64,000 nt of DNA from Alphaproteobacteria bacterium (GCA_964291675.2 OZ219866.1:2016001-2080000); one strand, 5' to 3'. Counted from the first letter of the stretch, positions 27,919 to 38,418 are shown. Made by a program: numbers and translations. Notes: generated by a model from the sequence alone, not told the origin.

Positions 27919-29055
27919 TCAGTCGGCCACCAGTATGCAGGCCTCGCTGCGCAGCTCGATCCCGACGGCATCGCCCGCGGCGAAGCGGCGCCCGCCCCGG
28001 TCCGAGCGCGCGCGAAGCAGGACATCGCGCAGCCGGACGAAATAGACCACGGCGTCGCCCAGGAACTGCACCGAGTCGACCACCCCGGACCAGCCATCGT
28101 CGGTTTCGGAATCGGTGCGCGGAATCACGCGGACGCCCTCCGGCCGGAGAGCGGCCGAAACGCGGTCGCCGGGGTTGAAGGCCACGCGGCCCACCGCATC
28201 GAAGCGCGCCCCCCAGGGGGTCTCGACGCCGAAGCGGTACAGATCGGCCTTGCCGTTGTCGACCGAGCGGACCCGCGCCTCGATCAGGTTGGCGGCGCCG
28301 AGAAAGGAGGCGACGAACCGCGTGCGCGGGTAGTCGTAAAGCTCCTCGGGCGTGCCGCGCTGCTCGATCGCGCCGTCCCGCATGACCGCGAGCGAGGACG
28401 ACATCGCCAATGCTTCGGACTGGTCGTGGGTGACATAGATCGACGTCACGCCGAGTCGCTCCTGGATGCGGGTGAGCTCCACCCGCAAGTCTTCCCGAAG
28501 CCGCGTGTCGAGGTTCGACAGCGGCTCGTCCAGCAGCAGGACCGGCGGCTCCATCACCAGCGCGCGGGCGACGGCGAGGCGCTGCTGCTGCCCGCCGGAG
28601 AGCATCGTCGCCTTGCGTTTCGCGAGATGGGCGATCTGGATCACGTCGAGGAGCTCGGCGACACGGCGGTCTATGTCCGCCCGGCCGTAGGTCCCCCGTC
28701 GACCGCGAACCGTCAACGGGTAGGCGACGTTCTCCGCGACGTCCATGTGCGGCCAGATCGCATAGGACTGGAAGACCATGCCGAGATCGCGCCGGTTGGG
28801 CGGGACGTTGATGCCCCTGGCCGAGGAGAAGAGCACCCGGTCGCCCAGCCGGATCTCGCCCCCGTCGGGGATTTCGAGCCCCGCGATGCAGCGCAGCAGG
28901 GTGGTCTTGCCGCAGCCGGACGGGCCGAGCAGGGTGAAGAACGCGCCGTCCTCTATGGCGAGGCTCACGCCGTCGAGCGCGGGCCTGTCGGCTTCGCCGC
29001 GCCGCCGCGCCAGGCGGTGATAGTCCTTGCGCAGGTCTTCCACGACCAGCTTCAT
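27919..29055 (-). CDS. ABC transporter ATP-binding protein (FbpC/PotA type, TOBE domain)
   Basis: GPSGCGKT, LSGGQQQR and LDEPLSNLD motifs; ATG at 29055. Confidence 0.92.
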   Translation of the reverse strand: MKLVVEDLRKDYHRLARRRGEADRPALDGVSLAIEDGAFFTLLGPSGCGKTTLLRCIAGLEIPDGGEIRLGDRVLFSSARGINVPPNRRDLGMVFQSYAIWPHMDVAENVAYPLTVRGRRGTYGRADIDRRVAELLDVIQIAHLAKRKATMLSGGQQQRLAVARALVMEPPVLLLDEPLSNLDTRLREDLRVELTRIQERLGVTSIYVTHDQSEALAMSSSLAVMRDGAIEQRGTPEELYDYPRTRFVASFLGAANLIEARVRSVDNGKADLYRFGVETPWGARFDAVGRVAFNPGDRVSAALRPEGVRVIPRTDSETDDGWSGVVDSVQFLGDAVVYFVRLRDVLLRARSDRGGRRFAAGDAVGIELRSEACILVAD

Positions 29056-29063
29056 GCCCGCGC

Positions 29064-30773
29064 TCACCGGGTCACCGCCGCACGGTCGCCGATCCAGGTG
29101 ACGAGCAGCGCCATCGCCATGGCGATCAGCACGGTGATCACGCCGACCACGGCGGCGACTTCGAGCCGCCCGGACGTTGCGTAGGTGAACATCAGGAGCG
29201 GCAGGGTGAAGGTGTCGGGCGTCGACACCAGCACGGTCGCGCTGATGTCCTTGATCGCCGACATGAAGGACAGCACGAACACCGTCGCGACGACGGGGGC
29301 GACCAGCGGCGCGGTGATGCGCAGGATCGTCTCCAGCCGCCCGGCCCCGCTCATCAGCGAGGACTCTTCGAGCTCGCGCGAGACCTGGCCGATCGAGGCC
29401 TCGAACAGATGGGTGGCGAACGGCAGGCCCTGGACGATCAGCACCGTGACCAGGGCGACCGCCGTCCCGTAGAAGATCGTGAGCCCCGGCGCGTTGAGGA
29501 AGATCACCAGGAACGCCGTCCCGAGCAGCACGCCGGGGAGCGCCCAGGGCAGCCATATCGCGAGCGAGAGCGCGCCCTTTCCCGGAAACGCGTTGCGCGC
29601 GATGAACCAGGCGAGGCCGAGATAGATCGTCGTCCCGGCGATGGCGACCGCCGCCCCGGTCATCAGCGACTGGCCGACCGCACGCAGGAACTCGTCGCCC
29701 TCCAGCACCGTCGCCCAGTGCCCCAGGGTCCACGGATCCGGCAGGTGGAAGAAGCCGAAGAGCCGGCTGAACGAGCTCAGCAGCACCATCAGGAAGGGAA
29801 GCCCGATGGTCACCGCGATGGCCAGGAACAGGAAGGCCGAGACCGCGTAGGAGCGCGGCGTGCGCTGGCGCGGCTGAAGCTTGGCGCCCCGGCCGGTCAG
29901 CGTCGCGGCCATGCTCGCCCGTTGCAGCCAGACCCGGTAGACGAGCACCAGCACGAACATGATCACCAGAAAGAAGGAGCTGAGCGCCATCGACTGCGGC
30001 GCGTCCGGCGGTATCACCCGCAGCAGGTGATAGATGCGCGTGGAGTAGACCAGGATGTCGGCCGGCAGGCCGAGAAGCTGCTCGACCTCGAAGGCCTCGA
30101 GCGACCGGATGGTGCCGGCGATGAACGCCGTCAGCAGGGTCGGCGCGATCAGCGGGACCGTCACCCGGCGGAGGGTGGTCAGCGTCCCCGCGCCCGACAT
30201 CGTCGAGGCCTCCTCGAACGAGGCGTCGATCAGCCGCTGCGCCGGCTCGATCAGGATCACCATGATCGGGATGGTCGACAGCGTGATGTGCACCCAGGTA
30301 ATGCCGCCCAGCGAGTAGATGTCGAACAGCGCCCCGTCCACAAGGGGGAGCTTCTTGAGCCAGGCGTTGACCAGCCCGAAATTGGGGTCGAGCAGCAGAA
30401 TCCAGCCCAGCGTCGCCGGCAGGATCGGCAGGAAGAACCCGACCCAGAGCGAGAACATGATGGCGCGCTTGCCGAAGACGTCGTTGCGGGCGAGGTACCA
30501 GGCGATGAAGAAGGCGATCAGCATCGCCGCCGGAACGCGCAGGCTGAGCACGAACGAGGTGACGATCGAGTCGATCGTGTGCTTGCTCTCCAGGGCCCGC
30601 GTCCAGGGCGCCAGGGTCGGGTCGAACGCGTTGATCGGCTCGCCCTCGCTGAACCCGCCGAGGACGATCAGCAGCACCGGCAGGATGCAGATCGCGGCCA
30701 CCGCCGCCAGGCAGAGCCAGCCGAACAGGCGCAGCAGGCTCCCGGCGACGCCCGGCCTTGCGTTAAGTGTCAC
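29064..30773 (-). CDS. ABC transporter permease (FbpB-type, two fused TM domains)
   Basis: Two EAA motifs (FEEASTMSGA and LEESSLMSGA). Confidence 0.9.
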   Translation of the reverse strand: MTLNARPGVAGSLLRLFGWLCLAAVAAICILPVLLIVLGGFSEGEPINAFDPTLAPWTRALESKHTIDSIVTSFVLSLRVPAAMLIAFFIAWYLARNDVFGKRAIMFSLWVGFFLPILPATLGWILLLDPNFGLVNAWLKKLPLVDGALFDIYSLGGITWVHITLSTIPIMVILIEPAQRLIDASFEEASTMSGAGTLTTLRRVTVPLIAPTLLTAFIAGTIRSLEAFEVEQLLGLPADILVYSTRIYHLLRVIPPDAPQSMALSSFFLVIMFVLVLVYRVWLQRASMAATLTGRGAKLQPRQRTPRSYAVSAFLFLAIAVTIGLPFLMVLLSSFSRLFGFFHLPDPWTLGHWATVLEGDEFLRAVGQSLMTGAAVAIAGTTIYLGLAWFIARNAFPGKGALSLAIWLPWALPGVLLGTAFLVIFLNAPGLTIFYGTAVALVTVLIVQGLPFATHLFEASIGQVSRELEESSLMSGAGRLETILRITAPLVAPVVATVFVLSFMSAIKDISATVLVSTPDTFTLPLLMFTYATSGRLEVAAVVGVITVLIAMAMALLVTWIGDRAAVTR

Positions 30774-31350
30774 CGCTCAGTTCCGCGCGCATCAGCACCG
30801 CGCAGTCGAGCTGGTGGCGCCCGGGAACCGGCCGGTCCGGCGAGGACGGCATGTCGCGGCTGGTGTCGGTCTTGCAGACCACGAGATGGGGACCCGGGGC
30901 GGCCATCGCCGTGCCCATCCGGTCGGCGAGCTCGTTGGGGCCGGCCGGGGTGTGCACATGGCCCGCGTCCCAGCCGTTGGCGAGCGCCAGCCCGGCGAGG
31001 TCCGCGCCGCAGCCGGTCGCGCTCGGCTCGGTACCGTCGCCGGTGCCCCAGACCTCGTTGTCGAGCACCACCACGACGAGGTTCTTGGGCCGCATCCGCC
31101 GGATTGTCGACAGCACCGCCGCGCCGGCGAAGAACGAGCCGTCCCCCTCGATGGCGAGCATCTTCCGGTCCGGCCGCGCCAGCGCCGCGCCAAGCGCAAT
31201 GGCCGTCGCATAGCCCATGTCCATGTTGTAGATGGTCGCCGGCGCGTCGGCCCTTGCGTAGAGCAGCCCGGAGTTGACGCCGGGACCGGTGAATGCGGCC
31301 GCGTCGCCGCGCGCCGCCGCGACGATGTCCATCGCCTCGATGCGGTTCAT
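30763..31350 (-). CDS. ThDP-dependent decarboxylase beta (PP) subunit, ComE/phosphonopyruvate decarboxylase-like
   Basis: MGYATAIALG and the ThDP motif EGDGS...LDN; ATG at 31350 overlaps the alpha-subunit stop. Confidence 0.83.
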   Translation of the reverse strand: MNRIEAMDIVAAARGDAAAFTGPGVNSGLLYARADAPATIYNMDMGYATAIALGAALARPDRKMLAIEGDGSFFAGAAVLSTIRRMRPKNLVVVVLDNEVWGTGDGTEPSATGCGADLAGLALANGWDAGHVHTPAGPNELADRMGTAMAAPGPHLVVCKTDTSRDMPSSPDRPVPGRHQLDCAVLMRAELSGDT

Positions 31351-31865
31351 CGGGACGCTCCCCGCATCACATGAGGCGGGACCAGCAGCCCGAAACAGGT
31401 GCGCTGACCGCGCGCGGTCTGCACCGCCCGGAACATCCGTGCCTCCAGCCCGTCCCGGTCGGTCGCGATCTCGAAGGGTATGCCGAGCCCCCTGAAAATG
31501 CCGTCCGACAGGAGCCGCGTGGCGCCGTGATAGTCCATCGGCTCGCCGCCGCCCGCGGTGTGGCTGGCGACGATCGTCACGGGAGTCCGCTGGACCTGGG
31601 CGCGGGCGAGGATCAGACCGCTGTATCCGAGGCCCGACGCCTCCATCATGCACACCGGGTTGCGCCCGCCGAGATCGAGACCGACGGCGATGGCGATGCC
31701 CTCGTCCTCGCGCGCGCACGGCACCATCAGAATTTCGCCGCTCGCGCGGAAGGCCCGGATGGTCGGCGACAGCACGCTGTCGGGCAGGTAGACGCAGGCA
31801 TCCACGCCGGCGCGGCGGGCGCCCCGCAACAGGGCCTCCGCCGCGCCGTCCACAGCCTCCGTCAC
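31347..31865 (-). CDS. ThDP-dependent decarboxylase alpha (Pyr) subunit, ComD-like
   Basis: YLPDS, CAREDEGIAIAVG and MEASGLG motifs. Confidence 0.83.
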   Translation of the reverse strand: MTEAVDGAAEALLRGARRAGVDACVYLPDSVLSPTIRAFRASGEILMVPCAREDEGIAIAVGLDLGGRNPVCMMEASGLGYSGLILARAQVQRTPVTIVASHTAGGGEPMDYHGATRLLSDGIFRGLGIPFEIATDRDGLEARMFRAVQTARGQRTCFGLLVPPHVMRGASR

Positions 31866-31887
31866 ACGCCTTGCCCCGGGCGGTCGC

Positions 31888-33030
31888 TCAGCGCTTGCCG
31901 AGGGCGTCGGTGATCGCCTTCACCACCACCTTCCGGCGCAGGTAACGCTCCTCGCTGTATGCCTCGAAATACTTCACGCCCGGCCGCGGGACCAGGTAGC
32001 TCGGGATGCCGGTCTTCACGTCCTTGCGCCGGCTGGTGGCGAGCATGGTCCGCTCATAGACCTCCTGACCGGGCCGGCTGACATACCAGTTGATGAAGAC
32101 CTGGGCGGCGTTGGGATGCGGCACGTTCTTGGCCTGCTTGAGGACGGAGAAGCCGCCGGTCACGTAGCCGGGGGCATCTTCGGGCAGGACCACGGCGAGG
32201 TTCTCGATCCCCTCGCGACGGAACTTCTCGACGAAGAACTGGATCGAGGCGAAGGCGATCGGCCTGGTGCCGCGCACGACCTCCTCGACCACCCCGCGGT
32301 TGCTGCTGGTGAACTTCGCCTGCTGGCCGAGATAGAACTCTTTCACGAACTCGATGCCCATCGTGTTGTAGAGCCAGTTCGTGGCGCCCTGGCCGGGGCC
32401 CGGGCTGCGCGGGTCGTGCGAGATCATCTTGCCGCGGAACTCGGGCTTGAGGACATCCTTCCAGACCTTGATCTTGCCGGGGTCGATCATGTCCTTGTTG
32501 ACCAGCAGCCAGCCGAACACCCATTCGGCGCCCTGCAACAGGTATTGCTTGTCGTCGTCCATGAACTTGAGCTTGCCGTCGCGGTAGTTCTCCGGCCCGA
32601 CGCCGGGAAGGATGAGCTGCGGCCGCACCGGGTTGAGATAGCCCCCGGGCTTCATCTTCACGAGCTCGCGGCCGCCGCCGAGCATGACGTCCAGCGTCAT
32701 CTTGCCGGCCACGGCCTCGGCCTCGAAGCGCGAGGAGAGGTCGGACGGGCGGCCGCCGAAGAATTTCAGCTCGATACCGGTGTCGCGCTTGAACGCCGGC
32801 GGCATCGAGCGGGCCAGCGCCGGGAAGCCGGCGACGGTGACCTGACCCTCCTTGCGTCCCTCGGCCAGGATGCGGCGCCACTCGTCCGGCGCCCCCGCCT
32901 GCCAGTCGGCGGACGAAGCGGCCAGGCTCACGGGTGCCCGGGCCAGCGAGCCGGCACCCGCCGCCGCCGCGAGAACGGCGGAAGAGCCGATCCCGTTCAG
33001 GACGGTTCGCCGCGTGAAACGCGTGTTCAT
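31888..33030 (-). CDS. ABC substrate-binding protein (FbpA/AfuA-like) with Tat signal
   Basis: TRRTVL twin-arginine leader; EGQVTV, WKDVLKPEFRGK and PHPNAAQVFINW motifs. Confidence 0.88.
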   Translation of the reverse strand: MNTRFTRRTVLNGIGSSAVLAAAAGAGSLARAPVSLAASSADWQAGAPDEWRRILAEGRKEGQVTVAGFPALARSMPPAFKRDTGIELKFFGGRPSDLSSRFEAEAVAGKMTLDVMLGGGRELVKMKPGGYLNPVRPQLILPGVGPENYRDGKLKFMDDDKQYLLQGAEWVFGWLLVNKDMIDPGKIKVWKDVLKPEFRGKMISHDPRSPGPGQGATNWLYNTMGIEFVKEFYLGQQAKFTSSNRGVVEEVVRGTRPIAFASIQFFVEKFRREGIENLAVVLPEDAPGYVTGGFSVLKQAKNVPHPNAAQVFINWYVSRPGQEVYERTMLATSRRKDVKTGIPSYLVPRPGVKYFEAYSEERYLRRKVVVKAITDALGKR

Positions 33031-33135
33031 GCCACACCTCCCCTGTTTAGGTCCGGCGATTGCCCCATCGCCCTTGTATCGGTTCGAGTATGGGTGCGAT
33101 GCGGGGCAGGGTGCAAGGCGGGTCCCGACCGACCG

Positions 33136-35451
33136 TCAGCGGGATTTCAGCGCCCGCAACACGCGCTCCGGCGTCATCGGTATCTCGCGCAGCCTCGTGC
33201 CGGTCGCGTCCGCCACCGCGTTGGCGATCGCCGGGGCCACCCCGATCAGCCCGGGCTCGCCGATCGCCTTGGCGCCGAACGGGCCCGAGGGCTCCGGGTG
33301 TTCGACGACGATGGGGTCGATCGACGGGGGAACGTCCATCGCGGACGGCGCCTTGTAGTCCATCATCGACGGGTTGGCGAGCGCTCCCCCTTCCCAGACC
33401 AGCTCCTCGGTCAGCGCATAGCCCAGGCCCTGGACGAAGCCGCCCTGGATCTGCCCCTCGACGCCGAGCGGATTGATCGCCCGGCCCACGTCGTGCGCCG
33501 ACCATCCCTCGACCACGGCGATGCGTCCGGTGGCCTCGTCGACCTCGACCTCGACCGCCTGGGCGCCGAATACGTAGGTGCCGAGATTGGAGAAGGGAAA
33601 GCCCTTTATGATCGCCCGCTTCGGGTCGAACCGTTCGCCGTCATACATCAGCGCGTTCTGGCCCATGATGGGGCCGCCGACCCCCCAATGGGCGCGGCGC
33701 GAGACCTCGGCGAAGCTCACCTCGCGGTCGGGGATGCCGGCGATTCCGACCCGCCCGCCCGGTCGGAGCTCGAGATCCTCGGCGGCGCATTCCATCATCT
33801 CCGCCGCATGCTCGAAGATGCGCTGCTTCGCCTCTTCCGATGCCGCGGCGACCGCGCGCCCCGCCATGTAGGTCGTCCGGCTGCCCGAGGTGCTCCAGTT
33901 ATAGGGCGAGGCGTCGGTGTCCGGGTTGACGTAGTTCACCCTGGAGATGTCGACGCCGAGCGACCCGGCGCAGATCTGCGCGAGCGCGATGTCAGAGCCC
34001 TGGCCGCAATCGACCGCCCCGGTGCTGAGGGTGATCGAGCCGTCCTCCAGCAGGCGGACATTCGCGGCGCTCGACAGCAGCCCGCAGACATGGGCAAGGC
34101 AGGCGATGCCGAGCCCCCGCTTCCTGCCCGCTTCCGGGCCCGACTTGCGCCGCCGTCCGCCGGTCGCCGCGCGCAGCTTCTCGATGCACTCGACCAGACC
34201 GCAGGCCTCCACCGTCTGGCCGCCGAGCCACTTGTCGCCGGCGCGCATCGCGTTCTTGAGCCGGATGTCGAAGGGATCGAGGCCGAGCGCGGCGGCGAGC
34301 TCGTCGATCTGCGACTCGCCGGCGAAGGTCGATTGCGGATTGCCGAAGCCGCGGAAGCCGCCCGCGCGGAGCTTGTTGGTGTAGACCGCGCGCCCCGTCA
34401 CCCGGACATTCGGAATCCTGTACGGTCCGCGCGCCATCAAGAGCGCGAAGCCGAGCACCGCGGGGCTCTCGTTGCAATACGCGCCGCCCTCCAGCGTCAC
34501 CTCGACCTCGCGCGCGATCAACGTCCCGTCCGCCCTGGCGCCGGTCTTGATGGAGATCTTCGCCGGGTGCCGGCGCAGCATCAGCATGAAGTCGGAGGCG
34601 CGCGGCAGGACCGCCTTCACCGGCCGCCCGGACCTGCGCGCGAGCTCGACCGCGACCGGCTGGAGGTGCGCCCCGCCCTTGCCGCCGAAAGTCCCCCCGA
34701 TTCGGGGCGAGACGGCCCGGATTTTCGACATCGGCATGTCGAGGAGCTGCGCGACCTCGGCCTGGACGCGGAATACCGACTGGGTGGTCGACCACACCGT
34801 CACCTTGCCGCTGGGGTCGAACGAGGCCACCGCGCCGGTCGGCTCCAGCGCGTGGTGGTATTGGGCGCCCGTGGAGAACGCGTTCTCGACGATCGCGTCG
34901 CACTCGGCCCACGCCGCATCGACATCGCCTTCGACGATCTCCTGGCGCGACAGCGCGTTCCCGCTGTGCTCGACCGGGTGGGAGGCCTCGTAGGCGCCGA
35001 TGTCTTCGTGGACCAGCGGCGCGCCGGGCGCGAGCGCGTCCTCGACGGTGAGGACCGCGGGAAGCTCTTCGTACTCGACATCGACGAGCAGCGCGGCCGC
35101 CTCGGCGATCGCCTGCGTCTCCGCCGCCACCGCGGCGACCGGCTCGCCCGTGTAGCGCACCTTCCCGCGGGCGAGAAAGGGCATGTCCTTGATCGCTCCG
35201 CCGCCCAGCCCGGGCAGGTCCTCGCCGGTCAGCACCGCATGCACCCCGGGATGGGCGCGCGCGGCCGCCGCGTCGACCGCGACGATCCGGGCATGCGCCA
35301 GCGGGGACAGCGCAAACGCCGTGTGCAGCATCCCGGGAAGCCGGATGTCGTCGAGATATTGCGCCGCGCCGACGGCCTTTTCCGCCGCGTCGTCGCGCGG
35401 CAGCCGGGCCCCCACCGCGCGGACTTCCGCCGTTGTCGCCGTCCCCGCCAT
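33136..35451 (-). CDS. Xanthine dehydrogenase-family molybdopterin-binding large subunit
   Basis: GGTFGGK, FRGFG, GQG, SGSR, VEGQIQGG and GAKAIGEP (catalytic Glu) motifs. Confidence 0.93.
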   Translation of the reverse strand: MAGTATTAEVRAVGARLPRDDAAEKAVGAAQYLDDIRLPGMLHTAFALSPLAHARIVAVDAAAARAHPGVHAVLTGEDLPGLGGGAIKDMPFLARGKVRYTGEPVAAVAAETQAIAEAAALLVDVEYEELPAVLTVEDALAPGAPLVHEDIGAYEASHPVEHSGNALSRQEIVEGDVDAAWAECDAIVENAFSTGAQYHHALEPTGAVASFDPSGKVTVWSTTQSVFRVQAEVAQLLDMPMSKIRAVSPRIGGTFGGKGGAHLQPVAVELARRSGRPVKAVLPRASDFMLMLRRHPAKISIKTGARADGTLIAREVEVTLEGGAYCNESPAVLGFALLMARGPYRIPNVRVTGRAVYTNKLRAGGFRGFGNPQSTFAGESQIDELAAALGLDPFDIRLKNAMRAGDKWLGGQTVEACGLVECIEKLRAATGGRRRKSGPEAGRKRGLGIACLAHVCGLLSSAANVRLLEDGSITLSTGAVDCGQGSDIALAQICAGSLGVDISRVNYVNPDTDASPYNWSTSGSRTTYMAGRAVAAASEEAKQRIFEHAAEMMECAAEDLELRPGGRVGIAGIPDREVSFAEVSRRAHWGVGGPIMGQNALMYDGERFDPKRAIIKGFPFSNLGTYVFGAQAVEVEVDEATGRIAVVEGWSAHDVGRAINPLGVEGQIQGGFVQGLGYALTEELVWEGGALANPSMMDYKAPSAMDVPPSIDPIVVEHPEPSGPFGAKAIGEPGLIGVAPAIANAVADATGTRLREIPMTPERVLRALKSR

Positions 35452-35452
35452 C

Positions 35453-35920
35453 TCACCCCCGCGCCGCCATTTCGATTGCCTCGACGATCTTCACGTAGCC
35501 CGAGCACCGGCAGATATTGCCCGAGACCGCCTCGCGGATCTCGTCCACCGTGGGCTCCGGGTTCTCGTCCAGCAGCGCCCTCGCGGCGACCGCCAGCCCC
35601 GGCGTGCAGAACCCGCACTGGATGGCGCCCGATTCGACCAGCGCGCGCTGTACCGGATCCAGAACGCCGTCCCGCGCGAGCCCCTCGGCGGTCACGATCT
35701 CCAGGCCGGTGCAGTTGACCGAGAGCGACAGGCAGGCGCGCACCGCCCTTCCGTCGACCATCACGGTACAGGCGCCGCAGACCCCCTGGTCGCAGCCGCG
35801 CTTCGCACCCGTCAGCCCGAAGCGGACGCGAAGGGTCTCGAGCAGCGTCTCGTCGGCCGGAACCGGCGCCTCGCGGGCCACGCCGTTGACCGTCAGCGCG
35901 ATGGCGATTCTCTCCTCCAC
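35453..35920 (-). CDS. Mo-hydroxylase small 2x[2Fe-2S] subunit (CoxS-like)
   Basis: GCDQGVCGACTV, QCGFCTPG and GNICRCSGY motifs. Confidence 0.93.
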   Translation of the reverse strand: MEERIAIALTVNGVAREAPVPADETLLETLRVRFGLTGAKRGCDQGVCGACTVMVDGRAVRACLSLSVNCTGLEIVTAEGLARDGVLDPVQRALVESGAIQCGFCTPGLAVAARALLDENPEPTVDEIREAVSGNICRCSGYVKIVEAIEMAARG

Positions 35921-35971
35921 GGCAGAAGGACTATAGGTTCGTGTCCGGAAAGCTGTCCATTGGACGGCGGC

Positions 35972-37195
35972 TCAGGGACCCGACGCGACGATTTCTCCGC
36001 GACGCGCGACGATTTCGCCGTCCTGCAACACCATCGCGATGCGCTCCGGGTGGCCGAGGACGGAGATATCCGCCAGCGGGTCGCCGTCGACGACGAGGAT
36101 ATCCGCCGTCTTTCCGGTCTGCACGGTGCCGAGCCGGTCCGACAGCCCGAGGAGCTCGGCTCCCCGGATCGTGGTCGCGCGGATGGCATCCATGGGGCTC
36201 ATCCCGAGCGATACCAGCGCGGCCAGCTCCTGCGCATTCTCGCCGTGCCGGTTGTAAGGCGTGCCCGCATCGGTGCCCATCGCGATCCTGACGCCGGAGG
36301 CGAGCGCCCTGGCGCAGGTCGCGCGCTGGCTGTCGACGGCGGACTCGGCCTTCTCCACCACGTCGGGCGGGATCCCGGACCCGATCCCGTTCTTCACCAC
36401 GAGGTCGACCGCCGCCGCGGTGGGGACCAGCCAGACGCCGCGATCCAGCATCATGTCGATGCCTTCGTCGTCGAGAAAATAGGCATGTTCGACGCTTTGC
36501 ACCCCGGCCCGGATGCCGTTCTTGATCCCCGACGCGCCATGGGCGTGGACGGCGCTCAGCTTTCCCGCCTTGTCGGCCTCCTCGATCGCGGCGCGCATCT
36601 CCGCCTCCTCGAGCTGCGCCGCGCCGATCTCGTTGCCCTGTGTCAGGATGCCGCCGGTCGCCATCAGCTTGATGCAATCCGCGCCGGCGCGGATCTGTTC
36701 CCGTGCCGCCCGCCTCGCGTCGTCGACCCCGTCCGCCTGACGGCCGAACTGCCAGCAATGGCCGCCCGTCATGGTGACCGGCTGGCCGCTCAGCACCAGC
36801 CGCGGCGCCGCAATCTGCAAGCCTTCGGCGAGAGCCCGCCGGAAGGAGAGGTCGACATGGTCCCTGGCGCCCAGATCGCGCACCGTCGTCACCCCGGCGG
36901 CGATCGTCCGCTCGGCGTTGCGGGCCATGCGGAGGACCGACATCGCCGCGGTGTCGCCCACCACCTGGGCGATGGGGTCGGCGTCGCCGTCGATGGACAG
37001 ATGGACGTGGCAGTCGATCATCCCCGGCATCACGGTGAGGCCGGAGACGTCCACCACCTCGCCGCCGGGCGTTTCGGGAAAGCCGGACATCGGCGCGATG
37101 TCGGCGATCCTCCGGTCCTCGACGACGATGAACCGGTCCGCGAGGACGTCCCCGGTACCGTCGATTATGCGGGCGTTGGAGAGAAGGCGTCGCAC
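35972..37195 (-). CDS. Metal-dependent amidohydrolase (Xaa-Pro dipeptidase-like, amidohydro_1)
   Basis: PGMIDCHVH, KLMATGG, HAHG, EHA and GTDAG motifs; GTG start at 37195. Confidence 0.88.
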   Translation of the reverse strand: MRRLLSNARIIDGTGDVLADRFIVVEDRRIADIAPMSGFPETPGGEVVDVSGLTVMPGMIDCHVHLSIDGDADPIAQVVGDTAAMSVLRMARNAERTIAAGVTTVRDLGARDHVDLSFRRALAEGLQIAAPRLVLSGQPVTMTGGHCWQFGRQADGVDDARRAAREQIRAGADCIKLMATGGILTQGNEIGAAQLEEAEMRAAIEEADKAGKLSAVHAHGASGIKNGIRAGVQSVEHAYFLDDEGIDMMLDRGVWLVPTAAAVDLVVKNGIGSGIPPDVVEKAESAVDSQRATCARALASGVRIAMGTDAGTPYNRHGENAQELAALVSLGMSPMDAIRATTIRGAELLGLSDRLGTVQTGKTADILVVDGDPLADISVLGHPERIAMVLQDGEIVARRGEIVASGP

Positions 37196-38418
37196 GCCGA
37201 TGCGTCCTCGCTCGCGTGGGCGCCGTCGCGGCGAATGACCGTCTCGCCGTCCTTGATCACCCACGCGATGCGGTCGGTGTCCTGGAGGACCGTGATATCG
37301 GACAACGGGTCTCCGTCGCACACCACGAGGTCGGCGAGCTTGCCTTCCTCGATGCTGCCCAGGCGGTCGTCGAGCCTGAGCAGCCGGGCGCTGCCGAGCG
37401 TCGAGACCTGGATCGCCGCCATGGGGTCGAGACCCATCTCGACCAGATGCGCCAGCTCTTCGAGGTTTCGGCCGTGGCGCGTGAACGGCACGCCGGAATC
37501 GGTACCCATCGCCAGGTTCACGCCGGCGCGCCAGGCCCTGCCGAAACTCTCGACATGGTGGTCGACGGCCTCGCACGCCTTCCTGTGGACGTCGGGCAGC
37601 AGGCCGTCCTCGACCCCGCGCGAAGCGACATTCCTGACCGCGGCCGACGTGGCCACGAGATAGGTGCCGCGTTCGAGCATCAGCTCGATGCCCTCGTCGT
37701 CGAGAAAATAGCCGTGCTCGATCGAGTCGATGCCCGCAAGCACCGCGTTCTTGATGCCGGTCGCGCCATGCGCGTGCGCGGCCGAGATGGCGCCCGCCTT
37801 CTTCGCCTCCTCGACGCCGGCGCGCAACTCGTCGACGGTGAGCTGGGCGCTGCCGATCTCGGTGCCCGGGGTGAGGATGCCCCCGGTTGCGATCAGCTTG
37901 ACGTTGTCCGCGCCCGCGCGCAGCTGCTCTCGCGCCGCCCTGCGAACCCCGTCCGGGCCGTCCGCCTGTTGCCCCACGTTCCAGCCGTGACCGCCCGTCA
38001 TGCAGATGATCTTGCCCGACAGCACCATGCGGGGGCCGGGAACCAGCCCCTGTTCCACCGCCCGGCGCACCGAGAAATCGACGAAGTTGGTCGACCCGCA
38101 ATCGCGTATCGTGGTGATCCCCGCTTCGACGGTGCGCCTGGCGTTGCGCGCCGACCGCAAGGCGCAGAGCGCATCGGTGTCGGTCAGCACCTGGGCGCGC
38201 GGGTCGGCGAGCCCGTCCGAGCGCAGGTGGACGTGGCAGTCGAAGAACCCCGGCAGCAGGCTCTTGTTGCCGAGGTCCACCACCTCGTACCCGGTCGCGG
38301 ACAGGCCGGGTTCGCCGCGCCCGACGCGGACGATCTCCCTGCCCTCGACGACGACGAAGCCGTGGAACGCATCGCCCGTCCCGTCGATGACATTGGCGTT
38401 GCAGAACACCGTCTTCAT
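37165..38418 (-). CDS. Metal-dependent amidohydrolase, tandem paralog of 35972-37195
   Basis: PGFFDCHVH, KLIATGG, HAHG, EHG and GTDSG motifs; start 38418 or 38430. Confidence 0.88.
   Translation of the reverse strand: MKTVFCNANVIDGTGDAFHGFVVVEGREIVRVGRGEPGLSATGYEVVDLGNKSLLPGFFDCHVHLRSDGLADPRAQVLTDTDALCALRSARNARRTVEAGITTIRDCGSTNFVDFSVRRAVEQGLVPGPRMVLSGKIICMTGGHGWNVGQQADGPDGVRRAAREQLRAGADNVKLIATGGILTPGTEIGSAQLTVDELRAGVEEAKKAGAISAAHAHGATGIKNAVLAGIDSIEHGYFLDDEGIELMLERGTYLVATSAAVRNVASRGVEDGLLPDVHRKACEAVDHHVESFGRAWRAGVNLAMGTDSGVPFTRHGRNLEELAHLVEMGLDPMAAIQVSTLGSARLLRLDDRLGSIEEGKLADLVVCDGDPLSDITVLQDTDRIAWVIKDGETVIRRDGAHASEDASACDAFSPTPA

Noticed and set aside
30763-31865. Calling the pair comDE (coenzyme M or sulfopyruvate pathway)
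   Set aside because: Fold similarity only; no comABC or phosphonate biosynthesis genes nearby, so no symbol was given.
32116-35718. 1200-aa plus-strand ORF
   Set aside because: Antisense to the well-supported binding-protein and Mo-hydroxylase genes; no motifs.
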